A DNA stretch of 64,000 bases from positions 5,984,001 to 6,048,000 of the forward strand of contig OZ244999.1 of the NCBI GenBank assembly GCA_965223265.1, given 5' to 3'. This document shows positions 29,060 through 38,316 of this stretch, in pieces. The position numbers were made by a program, and so were the translations under genes. The stretch comes from Planctomycetota bacterium. GTDB taxonomy: Bacteria; Planctomycetota; UBA8108; SXIK01. The notes under the pieces were generated by a model. It worked only from the letters and a program-made list of their open reading frames with translations. It did not search any database and was not told the origin of the DNA. Positions within the stretch are counted from its first letter, which is position 1. The number at the start of each line of letters is the position of its first letter.

Positions 29060-29124
29060 AGACCTGTTCAGGACATCCGTTCCAAGAACGGGGAGCGTTT
29101 CGACACGAGTCGCCGATTGCCTTT

Positions 29125-29457
29125 CTACAAGAACTCGACGTGATGTCCCATCTCTTCGGCGGACAGAGCTTGACGGATGAGCATCAACCCTCGGATGACG
29201 TCACCGACCGAAGTACCCTGTCGGGCGAAGACAATCCCGGCATGAGGCACACCCTCCGCGTGAAGGCGGAGAAAATCCGCATCCTGAGTGAAGACCACGC
29301 GTCTCTCCTGGTGTGCCCGCTCGATGTGCTTGCGGTCGCTTGCTCCCAGCAGGCCTGCCTCGCGCACCGTCAGAACGTCTGCACCACGCTCACGAAGCCC
29401 GCGGATCACAGCCCTCGCCACATGCTCGTCCGCGTAGAACTTAATCTCCTCCGGCAT
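29125..29457 (-). CDS. DUF5615 PIN-like toxin (VapC45-like)
   Basis: IKFYADEHV...LRERGADV...GASD...VVFTQDADF...HAGIV; overlaps the upstream antitoxin by 17 nt. Confidence 0.88.
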   Translation of the reverse strand: MPEEIKFYADEHVARAVIRGLRERGADVLTVREAGLLGASDRKHIERAHQERRVVFTQDADFLRLHAEGVPHAGIVFARQGTSVGDVIRGLMLIRQALSAEEMGHHVEFL

Positions 29458-29752
29458 CGAGCTTTTGACGAACCTTCGACGGGCATTGGCGCTGCATGGC
29501 CTCGACGAAAACGACGCCTTCTCCGATCTCTCGATCGACCTCCTGTCGGTGCGCGAAGTAGTAAGCCAACGCCGCGTACACCTCGACCAGGGTCAGGTCG
29601 TATTCGGTTGCGATCTCATCGGCGCTCATTCCAAAGCGCTCATGCCAGAGCGCGACGTCGGCCACCGTGATCCGATGTCCCGCGATCCGAGCCCTTCCAC
29701 CCGCCACACCGGGAGTCTTCTCAATATATTGGTCGAGAGTCTTCGTTGTCAT
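29441..29752 (-). CDS. DUF433 antitoxin (VapB45-like)
   Basis: IEKTPGVAGGRARIAGHRITV...GMSADEIATEYDLTLVEVYAALAYY; AAGGA ribosome-binding site upstream. Confidence 0.9.
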   Translation of the reverse strand: MTTKTLDQYIEKTPGVAGGRARIAGHRITVADVALWHERFGMSADEIATEYDLTLVEVYAALAYYFAHRQEVDREIGEGVVFVEAMQRQCPSKVRQKLDAGGD

Positions 29753-29783
29753 GAAAATCCTTCGTCACCACCGTCCGAATCCT

Positions 29784-29789
29784 ATTGTA
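29784..29789 (-). promoter_or_regulatory. Possible -10 element (TACAAT) of the TA promoter
   Basis: TACAAT on the minus strand about 32 nt upstream of the antitoxin ATG; no clear -35. Confidence 0.3.
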
Positions 29790-29959
29790 ACCAGGTCCCT
29801 GCCTCACCCGCCACCTGTTCTTCGAAACTGCCGAAGGGGTAATCCGATCTCCGTCCGAGTCCCCGTCGGAGCCGGTGTTACGGGACATGCGTCTCGTTCA
29901 CCAGGCTCACCCGGGCGCAAAAGAATCTTGAGGCGCGTGCCCGTCGACGGTTTGAGAGG

Positions 29960-30039
29960 AGCGATCGTCTCGGCGAGTGAACTCACGCCTTGTGATTCAC
30001 CTTTCCAGCGCGACAGCGCGCCGCAAGAGATCAAAACCG
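29960..30039. repeat. 80-bp direct repeat, copy 2
   Basis: Identical to 28951-29030; contains the last 9 nt of the GS-like gene, the intergenic spacer and the first 9 codons of the amidohydrolase. Confidence 0.95.
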
Positions 30040-31380
30040 AAACTTATAAGCGAGCTCTTCAGCCGTCTCTTCGGGAAGAGACTCGATCGCTGAGATTTCA
30101 GCGCGCTTCATGGTCACGTAGTCGCGAACGCGGCGGTCGCCGAGCTGCCGGGACAGGACACTGTTTTGTTCAAGTGCCGAGACCGCGTCCCCGAGACTCG
30201 ACGGATACGGCAAGAGATTCCGTTTCGCCCGCTCCGCGGCTGAAAGGAGTGCAGGATCGGTCAGCACGGGCGATCCCGGATCGACCTTTTGATCGATGCC
30301 ATGCATTCCGGCGCAGAGGATGCCGCTGAGCGCGAGGTACGGGTTGCAGGTGGGGTCCGCCGGCTTGTACTCGAGGTTGAGCGTTGCCTCCTCGCGACCG
30401 CGGTAGCACGACGGCACGCGCACACTCGCCTCGCGGTTGTCAGGCCCCCAAGACGTATAGCAAGAGCTCCAGCAGCGCTCAACGAATCGCTTGTAGGAGT
30501 TCGTAGTGGGCGCTGTGAGCGCCAAAAGCGATGGCAGGTGCGCGAGAATCCCGCCGATGAAATGGCGTGCCGTCTGCGACAGCGAGTGTTCGCGCGAAGC
30601 ATCGTAGAAGATGTTCGTTCCATCCTTCCACAAGCTCAGATGGACATGACAGCCGTTCCCTGCGGCATTGGGATCCGGCTTCGGCATGAAGGAGACGCGA
30701 AAGCCAAGGTCGTGCGCCACGCCGCGAACCGTCTCGCGAAACACGACCTGCTGGTCGGCGGCCGCAAGGCCGCTCTGATGGCGAACAGGGATCTCCTGCT
30801 GGCCACCGCCGGCCTCCGGAAAGTACTTCTCGACGAAGATGCCCTGTTGCTCGAGGGCATCGATGATTGGCAGGACGTACTCGCTGGCGATATCCATCGC
30901 GGCAGAGCTGAAGCAGTTGAGCGCATCGATGGGTCGCCAAACGCCATCTTCATCCGCCGTGTAAATCGTGAACTCGTTTTCGAACACCGCCTCGACGCTC
31001 CAGCCACGACTCTCGACGTCGGCGAGAACCGACTTGAGCAGGCTACGCGGGCAAAGCTCCCACGGCTCGCCGTCGAGGGTTTCGAGATCGCTAAGGAGTC
31101 GCGCGTGTCCCGGCAGATACGGCAGCAGCTGGAACGTTGCCAGGTCGGGGCAAATGCGCACCTCGCCCACGGGCTGAAAGGCACTGTGGGGCGGTAGGGC
31201 GTCGAAGACCGTCACCGATGCTTGCGCCTGCGTCAGTCCAATACCACTCTCAACCGCGTCTCTGAAGTACCGACGCGGCACCGCCTTGCCGCGCGTGATG
31301 CCGTCCGGCCCTGCGTAGATGCAGCGGACGAGTGCGATGTTATGGTCTTCGAGAGCTTTCTCGATCTTGCCGAGTTGCAT
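30031..31380 (-). CDS. Glutamine synthetase-like gamma-glutamyl ligase (FluG/NodGS C-terminal-like)
   Basis: GITRGK, FENEF, EAGGGQQEI, FMPKP, GNGCHVHLSL, NSYKR, WGPDNREASVRVP, NLEYKPADPTCNPYL; ATG 31380 follows AGGA. Confidence 0.9.
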   Translation of the reverse strand: MQLGKIEKALEDHNIALVRCIYAGPDGITRGKAVPRRYFRDAVESGIGLTQAQASVTVFDALPPHSAFQPVGEVRICPDLATFQLLPYLPGHARLLSDLETLDGEPWELCPRSLLKSVLADVESRGWSVEAVFENEFTIYTADEDGVWRPIDALNCFSSAAMDIASEYVLPIIDALEQQGIFVEKYFPEAGGGQQEIPVRHQSGLAAADQQVVFRETVRGVAHDLGFRVSFMPKPDPNAAGNGCHVHLSLWKDGTNIFYDASREHSLSQTARHFIGGILAHLPSLLALTAPTTNSYKRFVERCWSSCYTSWGPDNREASVRVPSCYRGREEATLNLEYKPADPTCNPYLALSGILCAGMHGIDQKVDPGSPVLTDPALLSAAERAKRNLLPYPSSLGDAVSALEQNSVLSRQLGDRRVRDYVTMKRAEISAIESLPEETAEELAYKFRF

Positions 31381-31439
31381 TGGCATGCATCCTGAAACAC
31401 GCAAAGTTCATCGCTGCCGCAGCACATTCGCCACGAGTG

Positions 31440-31973
31440 TTACTCCGACTCTCGTTCATTGAGCCGACGCACGATCGAGACTCGATCGCGCTCATAGTTG
31501 TCGCGATGCATTCGATATCGAGTGGCTGCCACCACCCCACATATCCCTACAGCGACCGCCCCGACGACGAAGAGGATCGGAATGATCCAAACGTGACCCG
31601 GCGTGCCGATTCGCTGGGCAGAGTTGATCCAATAGATTCCAAACCCGAGCGCAACACAGATTCCCACGACACTTCCGATGACCGACGGGACCTTGTACAC
31701 GTTGTCGTTACCACGGACCATCAATTTTTGCTTCCGCTCCACCCACTCGCGGTCGAGACGTGCGAGATCATTCTGCAGCTTAATCGTCTCGACGTCGTCG
31801 GCGATCCTCTCAGTCCGTTCGTCAATCGCCTCGAGAACCTCGGTATAGACCGCACCGCTCTCGGATCTTACGGCCAGCTTCGAGGAGCAGTACTGGTAGG
31901 TCAGAAAGCGCACCTTCTGCGGCACCTCGAGTGGCGAGCCGCAGTGGTTGCACGTCAGACTGACGATCTTCAT
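31440..31973 (-). CDS. Zinc-ribbon / coiled-coil / two-TM hypothetical protein
   Basis: MKIVSLTCNHCGSPLEVP...YQYC, coiled coil (LQNDLARLDREW), two hydrophobic helices. Confidence 0.75.
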   Translation of the reverse strand: MKIVSLTCNHCGSPLEVPQKVRFLTYQYCSSKLAVRSESGAVYTEVLEAIDERTERIADDVETIKLQNDLARLDREWVERKQKLMVRGNDNVYKVPSVIGSVVGICVALGFGIYWINSAQRIGTPGHVWIIPILFVVGAVAVGICGVVAATRYRMHRDNYERDRVSIVRRLNERESE

Positions 31974-32050
31974 AACCTGTTTATAACTGACGCGGCGACG
32001 GAATCGAAGCACTCCCAGGTCGCAGACATGCCGTCGCAACTCACGGACCC

Positions 32051-32141
32051 CTCCGGAACGGCACACGGGAGTGTGCCTACTACTTTGAAGATCGAGTTGT
32101 CCGGCATAGTAGTAGGCACACTCCCGTGTGCCGTTCCGGAG
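32051..32141. repeat. REP doublet (REPIN): perfect 34-bp inverted repeat with 23-nt spacer
   Basis: CTCCGGAACGGCACACGGGAGTGTGCCTACTACT (32051-32084) and its exact reverse complement (32108-32141); each arm has GTAG next to a GGCACAC/GTGTGCC palindrome. Confidence 0.85.
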
Positions 32142-32246
32142 CTGAGCGTGGAGCGTGACCTTGAGTCACGCTGGCACGCTCCCAAAAACCTCACAGCCTC
32201 TCGGTGCGCCTACCACCCTGATGCACCGAGTGCACAAATGCGAGAC

Positions 32247-35200
32247 TTAGAGCTCCACACGCGTCGTCTCATGAGCGCGAATGCTCACGCGCTTCGACGA
32301 TTTCGTCTCGCCCTCCGCCCAAAGCTGGACCTCGTAGTCGCCGGGTCGGATGCTTGCGAACTCAAAGCGACCGTCCGAAGTGACGAGATGCGTTGTGCGG
32401 GTACGTCGATCACCGTGCTGTGGGTCAGAAATCAACCGCACCTCGTAGCCGGGTCGTGCGTCTGAGCCCAGGTCGACACGTCGAACCTCGCCCTGTAGTC
32501 GACCGGCCGCCTCGAGCACCATGTCGACGGTCGCGGGCGAGTCCGAAGAGACCTCGACGTTGGGCACGGAGCCGTGCAAGCAGAAGTCGCTATGAGAGGG
32601 CGTGACCGTGGCCGTGCCGGCGGTCAGGCCGTGGACCTCGAAGGTGCCATCATCTGACGTGGTGGCCTCCCGGATATCGTGGAGTGTTTTTCCGTCACCA
32701 GCGCGCAGTCCGACGATCAACGTCACACGTACACCTGAGAGTGGAGCTCCTCCTTGCGAATGCACCGTTCCGCGCACGGTTCCACCGGGCACCAAGGAGA
32801 CATCCACGCTTCTCTCTTCACCAGATTCGATCTCGAAGGTGTGCACGGCCACGGCGTGCGCGGCACTCCACACTTTGAGATCGTATTTCGCAGGCAAGAG
32901 ATTGGCGCACTCGAACAGTCCGTCGTCGTGATCGACTGCGAGCGTCTGCTGCTCGAGGATGCGCAGGGTTGTCGTCCGATCATCCGAGCGGCGGACGAGC
33001 CTCACTTGAAAACTCGTCACGGCCTCGCCGCTCGCTGCATCCGTCACGTAGCCTTCAATCAGGCCGTGCCGAGCGAGCACGATGTCGGGACACGCGTCAC
33101 CCGGGCGGATGTCGTTGACCTGCGCGAAACCATAACCTTCAGCTCGCGCCACAATCGTATACGTCGCATCCGGGAGGCGTGTGAGCACGCAGTGGCCGTC
33201 AGGCCCTGAAACAGCCGCTGCCGTTCCGCTACTGTTGGTGGCGCGAAAGACCTCCATTTCGTATCGGTTCTGTTCATCAAGCAGAGGAGAGTCGCCCACG
33301 TCCATTTGGACGAGCGCAACGACCTCGACCCCGGAAAGACCGCCTCCATCGCCATCGACCACGCGAACCTCGATCACCTGCCCTAAGTCGAGTTGAACGT
33401 CGAGGTGCGCTTCTTCCGCCGTCAAGTCGATCTGCTCGATCAGACTCTTCGCGAACCCGACAGCCTGCACCTCGGCCGAATACGTGCCGCGTTCGAGCCC
33501 GCCAATGCGAAACGTCCCGTCGGCACTCGTGTACGCCACGGTGTCGGCAAACCCTGGCGGGAGCAGTTGAATCTGCATACGGATCAGCTCATTGATTTCG
33601 ACGTCACGCTTGAGCAGCACGCGAGCACGGTCAACAGGAGACCCGTCGACGGTTGTTACCTTGCCTTCCACCGCCGTCGTCTCTTGCAAAACGATCTCCA
33701 CCTCGGAAGGAAGTTCGTCGGGCTGAAACGGCCCAACGCGCGCCTTGCCCCAGTCGGGATGACTTGCTGCGATCTCTGGCGTCAGCGCTGGGTTAGGAGT
33801 CATCTCCACGAAAAAACCGCCTTCCGCGTCGGTGCTATCGGCAAGTCGTCCGCCAGTGATCGCCATCATCGCCGGCGGCAATCCAGGAACTTCGACGGCC
33901 ACACGTGCACCCGCCACACGTTCCCCGGAGGCGTTGAGCACCACGCCGCTCACTCCCTGCTTCGGTTCCAGGAGGAACTCCTGCGGTCCCGCGGCATCCA
34001 GCTGCAGCTGCAGCTGCTTTCTTTGGTATTCGCGATGTTGAATGGACAGCGACAGAGAGTCGGCGTCGGGGAGGACACCAAGAAACTCGAATCCACCGTC
34101 GTCGCCGGATTGCCGCACTCGCTCCGAGACGTTTCGCAGTCGCACCGCTGCGCCGGTGATCGGAGAGTGATCGATCGCGTCCAGGCAGACACCGCGCACG
34201 ACAGCCGCACTGGCGATGCGAAGCTCAAGTGCCTCCTCCCCGGCCATGACGCTCTCAGCAACAGCAGCACCGTTCTGATCATCCATGGCATGAACGCGGT
34301 ACTCTCCTGCAGCCACGCCAGCGAAAGAGAATGCCCCGGAGTCGCCGGTCACGACCTCGGCGAGGACGTCGGCTGCAGACTTCGGGCTACCTGCGGATCG
34401 AGGCGTCTTCGCCTTCGTGAGCCAAACGCGCGCGCCGCTCAACTCCACCCCGCCCGCAGTACGTACGACGCCACCAACCTGAAACGGCTCTTCCAGCTCG
34501 ATGGTTCCGACATCCAATCCCTCCGCCGGAATCACCACGACTTGAGAGTGCGGCGGTAAGCCTTCAGTGCGAGCCGTCAAGCTCAAAGCCCCTGCGGCGA
34601 CGCCCCGCAGGGAGAAACTTCCATCGCCGGCCGTCTTGGTACTCCGGGTCTTCTCGCGCAGCAAATCCAGATCGCCGCCGAGCATCATCGCCTGCGTCGC
34701 GCGGCTCGGATCGAGGGTCGGCGCGGCCACGGTGACCGTCGCACCGCTGACCGCCTCACCATTCGGCCCCACGAGCTGGCCGACCAGAGACGGGCCGCTC
34801 GACATGACGACGACGATCCCATCTTCGCCCACTGGAATGCCATCGACCTGCGTCAATGCATAGTCATCGTGTCTCACTTTGATCGAGTGCAGGACGGGCG
34901 CTAGCGACTCGAAGCGAAACGAGCCATCCGCCGCAGTCGTCACAGGAGCGTTGCCGACGATTGCTGATCCGTCGAGTGCCCCCATAATCATCTGCATCAT
35001 CTGACCGATCCCACGCACCTTCGCTGCGTCCGCCGAAAGTGCCAACACGGACGCGCCTGAAAGAGCGGCGCCTCCCGTCGTGACGACACGGCCGGCAATG
35101 GAGTAAGCGTCAGAAAGTGTAATGTCGAAGAGCGATTCCTCGCCACCCTGGATCAAAACCCAGCCTTTCTTGTAGCCAAGGTAGGATGGGTGGGAGGCAA

Positions 35201-36380
35201 ACACGCGAGACGTCCCCGGCGCGAGTGCCGAGAACGCATACGAGCCGTCCTCATCGGTCAGCGCTGGTGAAAGGGCCCGCAGCAGAGCGTGAGCGCGATC
35301 GGAAAAGCTGCGAATGTTGCCGACGACGTCATCCTCCACGCCGTTCTGTAAGCTCTCGTAAAGCGCCTCGAATCTCTCGCTTTCGAGAACGAAGACCTTA
35401 GCCCCAGCAACCGGTTCGCCGCGTGCGTTTGTGACACGGCCGCGGAGCGCGACGGGGCCAGCGTCTGCAGAATCTTCGGCCTCGTCCGTCAGCGCTGCGG
35501 CTTCAGTTGAAAGTGAGACGTTTGCGACGGTCACATCGCCGGCGGTAGAATCATCGACCGTCTGAGCGCTGCCGACGACCTCCGAGTCTGCGTTCGGGTC
35601 ACTTTCCGAAGTGAAGCGGTCTGCGAGAAACACCATCGCGCCGGTCAGTAGAGCCGCAGCTGTCATGGGAATGGCCACCTTTTTTGCCCCCACGAGGAAA
35701 GTCGACGCGCCAGCTCCGGCAGCCGCAGCCGCTCCGCTTGCTGACGTGGCGGAGACCGCGGCACCCTTCTCACACAGCTTCACCAACTGAGGCAGGAGAG
35801 CCGCTGGCTCAGGGGGCGTGTCCGTGCCGGGAAGCTGGACGCTCAGAATCGCCAAGGACGGCGCGAATTCGGTGAGACGCCGCTTGAGAAGCCCACGGGC
35901 GCGGTCGAGCCGCTGGCTGACGGCCGACTCGCTGATCGCGAGAATCCGACCGACATCGCGCCCCGAGAGTCCTGCGAGGTAGCGCAGTTCGACGGTTGTC
36001 CGCAGATCCGCGGGGAGCCTTTCGATCTCTTTGTAGAGCGCGTCGTAGTCTTCGGGTAGGAGACCGTCGCGGTTGGCGTGCTGAAAACTTTCGCGCTCGC
36101 GCTTTCGACGTCGGTCAGCGGAGCGACGCAGTTGGTTGACGCGATGGAGGACACGCCAGCTGAGGTATCCAAGAGGGGCTCGGACGGACCCAGCGGCCGG
36201 TGGATCCAGAAGTAACTTCAAGAAGACGTCCTGACAGATATCGGTCGCGTCTTCACGATGGCCCGTCACACGGTAAGCAACGCGCCAGACGAATGCGTGG
36301 TAGCTGTGCACGACTTTCTCGAGGCGCTTCCGATTGGGCCTGTCGAGATACGCGAGGAGTGGTTCTGCGGAATGTTTCAT
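32247..36380 (-). CDS. ECF sigma factor fused via a TM helix to multiple carboxypeptidase-regulatory-like (Ig-fold) repeats
   Basis: Sigma2 VWRVAYRVTGHREDATDICQDVFLKL; sigma4 LPADLRTTVELRYLAGLS...SESAVSQRLDRAR; TM IPMTAAALLTGAMVFLA; repeated G(R/K)V...G.P(V/L).GA.V...T..DG.F units. Confidence 0.88.
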   Translation of the reverse strand: MKHSAEPLLAYLDRPNRKRLEKVVHSYHAFVWRVAYRVTGHREDATDICQDVFLKLLLDPPAAGSVRAPLGYLSWRVLHRVNQLRRSADRRRKRERESFQHANRDGLLPEDYDALYKEIERLPADLRTTVELRYLAGLSGRDVGRILAISESAVSQRLDRARGLLKRRLTEFAPSLAILSVQLPGTDTPPEPAALLPQLVKLCEKGAAVSATSASGAAAAAGAGASTFLVGAKKVAIPMTAAALLTGAMVFLADRFTSESDPNADSEVVGSAQTVDDSTAGDVTVANVSLSTEAAALTDEAEDSADAGPVALRGRVTNARGEPVAGAKVFVLESERFEALYESLQNGVEDDVVGNIRSFSDRAHALLRALSPALTDEDGSYAFSALAPGTSRVFASHPSYLGYKKGWVLIQGGEESLFDITLSDAYSIAGRVVTTGGAALSGASVLALSADAAKVRGIGQMMQMIMGALDGSAIVGNAPVTTAADGSFRFESLAPVLHSIKVRHDDYALTQVDGIPVGEDGIVVVMSSGPSLVGQLVGPNGEAVSGATVTVAAPTLDPSRATQAMMLGGDLDLLREKTRSTKTAGDGSFSLRGVAAGALSLTARTEGLPPHSQVVVIPAEGLDVGTIELEEPFQVGGVVRTAGGVELSGARVWLTKAKTPRSAGSPKSAADVLAEVVTGDSGAFSFAGVAAGEYRVHAMDDQNGAAVAESVMAGEEALELRIASAAVVRGVCLDAIDHSPITGAAVRLRNVSERVRQSGDDGGFEFLGVLPDADSLSLSIQHREYQRKQLQLQLDAAGPQEFLLEPKQGVSGVVLNASGERVAGARVAVEVPGLPPAMMAITGGRLADSTDAEGGFFVEMTPNPALTPEIAASHPDWGKARVGPFQPDELPSEVEIVLQETTAVEGKVTTVDGSPVDRARVLLKRDVEINELIRMQIQLLPPGFADTVAYTSADGTFRIGGLERGTYSAEVQAVGFAKSLIEQIDLTAEEAHLDVQLDLGQVIEVRVVDGDGGGLSGVEVVALVQMDVGDSPLLDEQNRYEMEVFRATNSSGTAAAVSGPDGHCVLTRLPDATYTIVARAEGYGFAQVNDIRPGDACPDIVLARHGLIEGYVTDAASGEAVTSFQVRLVRRSDDRTTTLRILEQQTLAVDHDDGLFECANLLPAKYDLKVWSAAHAVAVHTFEIESGEERSVDVSLVPGGTVRGTVHSQGGAPLSGVRVTLIVGLRAGDGKTLHDIREATTSDDGTFEVHGLTAGTATVTPSHSDFCLHGSVPNVEVSSDSPATVDMVLEAAGRLQGEVRRVDLGSDARPGYEVRLISDPQHGDRRTRTTHLVTSDGRFEFASIRPGDYEVQLWAEGETKSSKRVSIRAHETTRVEL

Positions 36381-36680
36381 GCGAGGTTCTCCGTAGGTTC
36401 TTGTGATACCTCGATGAGTCCGCGAGAGCCTATGACTTCAGCGCAAAATCTTGAGACCATCCTGAGACCGCCATCCCTTATGCAGGCAGATCCGGAGCCA
36501 TATCGCGTCAGCCCCGTGCTTGACGCCGCCGTGAGAGCGCTTCCCCGCGCCCGACTTGAACTGGCAATGCCTTCGGCGCGTTCGTGCTACAGGTGTTAGC
36601 CCCCATGCCGCCTTGGGGCAACGAGAGGCCATTAGTATCGCCTCTTGCTTCGTTCTCTCGAGGCAAGTAGGCTTCCGACC

Positions 36681-38291
36681 ATGCTGTTTGGTCGAAACTC
36701 GCGGTCCAATTCCGCCAGCACTCGCCGCTCAGAGGCATCGATCAAGTCGCTTTCAAAGCGAAGACTCTTTGCCTTCAAACTTTTCACTATCGCATTCTCA
36801 TGCGCGATCACGTTACTCGGTGGCGAAGTTCTGATCCGTATGATCGACGGATATCGTATAGGGAGTTTCATTCTCGCGCCTACATCCAATCCTGGAGCGC
36901 GACCGCTCGGTCGTTCCAACGATCTTTTCAATCTGGCCGCGCGCTATGCAGCTGAGTCGTCGCTCGCCTCGACTCTCAAGCCAGAGTGGCTGCACGATCA
37001 TGTACCTCGTGCCCCAAGGGCCCCGCCGTCACCCGAGATGCGCAAACGCTACCTGGCTGCAGATCGCCCATCTCGAGAAGCGATCTATGCCTTCAATCTG
37101 GCGTACGCTAGCACGCGAGTCTGCCAAGAGCGGTACTTGCTCGATCCCTGGCTGGGAACGAAGATCCCTAATCGCTTCGTCTTCGAGCCTCTGCCCGATT
37201 CGTCACGGCAATACCGTTACCGATTGCCAGCAGGCCAGACTTCCCCGGACGGTTACGTAGTCAACCGATGGGGATTTCGAGGTCCCGATATCGCGCTCAA
37301 CCGTGCGGAAGGCACGATTCGCATCGCCTTCGTAGGAGCGTCTACCACGATCAACGCGGCGGAGTTCAAACACAGCTATCCCGATTACGTCGTCTGGTGG
37401 TTGAACCGTTGGGCAGCCGCGCAACAAGTTGATGTCAGATTCGAAATGATCAACGCAGGTCGTTTGGGGTTCCGTTCTGACGAAATCGCTGCAGTCGTGA
37501 AGCACGATGTCCTCCCTTTCGACCCTGATCTCGTTGTGTACTACGAGGGCTCGAATCAGTTTCGTCCCGACCGTTACGTCAAGTACCCGTCAGGCAAGAA
37601 ACCGAGACCTCCTAGGTTTAGCATGCCTCTGGAAAGCTGGATTGAGCGGCGGTCGGCAATCGCGCGCCGGCTCGTGAATCTCGGTTGGCATGGCGCTGCG
37701 CCGGAGCCGGAGAAGAGGATGGGAACGGTGGAGTGGCCAGCAGAAGTTGACGAATTCAACCCAGATCTGAGCAAGCGAGATCTGTTTCCAAGTCGTCTCG
37801 GGCAAATCCTGGACGATTTAGACTACATCCGCGAAGCAGTTGAGGGCACAGGTAGTGAGTTCGTCCTCACCACGTTCACCTGGATGGTACACGACGGCAT
37901 GGTCTTGACGCTGCCCGACGATAAGAATCTCTATCGGTACTTAAACGTCACGTTTTATCCATTCACTTACGCTCACATGCGTCGCCACGCCGACTTTCAA
38001 AATCGAGTCTATTCGACGTACGCGCGTGAGCATGGAGTCTACCTACTCGACGTTGACGCGGCTTTTCCGAAGGAACCGCGCTTGTTCAACGATGCGATTC
38101 ATATGCGTGAGGATGGAGTGAGGCTGCGCGCCTGGCTGATGACCGCGCTTCTGCTTCCGATGATCGAAGAACGTCTCGCCGACGGCCGTCTACCACGCCC
38201 ACCACGTCGGGAGCCCTTGTTAGAACACCCGGTGCTCTCGAAGCCGCCGCGGTTGGTAGCGCTCGACGATCTGCGCACTGACTGCGACTAA
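36681..38291 (+). CDS. Membrane-anchored SGNH/GDSL hydrolase-like protein
   Basis: N-terminal TM ending in GEVLIR; NRWGFRG; RIAFVGASTT; INAGRLG; YEGSNQ; DAIH. Start uncertain (36645 or 36681). Confidence 0.75.
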   Translation: MLFGRNSRSNSASTRRSEASIKSLSKRRLFAFKLFTIAFSCAITLLGGEVLIRMIDGYRIGSFILAPTSNPGARPLGRSNDLFNLAARYAAESSLASTLKPEWLHDHVPRAPRAPPSPEMRKRYLAADRPSREAIYAFNLAYASTRVCQERYLLDPWLGTKIPNRFVFEPLPDSSRQYRYRLPAGQTSPDGYVVNRWGFRGPDIALNRAEGTIRIAFVGASTTINAAEFKHSYPDYVVWWLNRWAAAQQVDVRFEMINAGRLGFRSDEIAAVVKHDVLPFDPDLVVYYEGSNQFRPDRYVKYPSGKKPRPPRFSMPLESWIERRSAIARRLVNLGWHGAAPEPEKRMGTVEWPAEVDEFNPDLSKRDLFPSRLGQILDDLDYIREAVEGTGSEFVLTTFTWMVHDGMVLTLPDDKNLYRYLNVTFYPFTYAHMRRHADFQNRVYSTYAREHGVYLLDVDAAFPKEPRLFNDAIHMREDGVRLRAWLMTALLLPMIEERLADGRLPRPPRREPLLEHPVLSKPPRLVALDDLRTDCD

Positions 38292-38316
38292 CAGCCCAGG
38301 CAGTCTGATCACGCGA

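Noticed and set aside
29804-30034. 76-aa ORF with the same N-terminus as the amidohydrolase ORF
   Set aside because: It is a by-product of the 80-bp duplication and runs into non-protein-like sequence; MISCGALSRWKGESQG is translated intergenic DNA.
28951-30039. IS element or prophage with attL/attR sites
   Set aside because: No transposase, integrase or terminal inverted repeats; reported instead as a repeat-flanked TA cassette.
30031-31380. Labelling as glnA
   Set aside because: Motif variants and the amidohydrolase partner point to a GS-like gamma-glutamyl ligase; the substrate cannot be determined from sequence.
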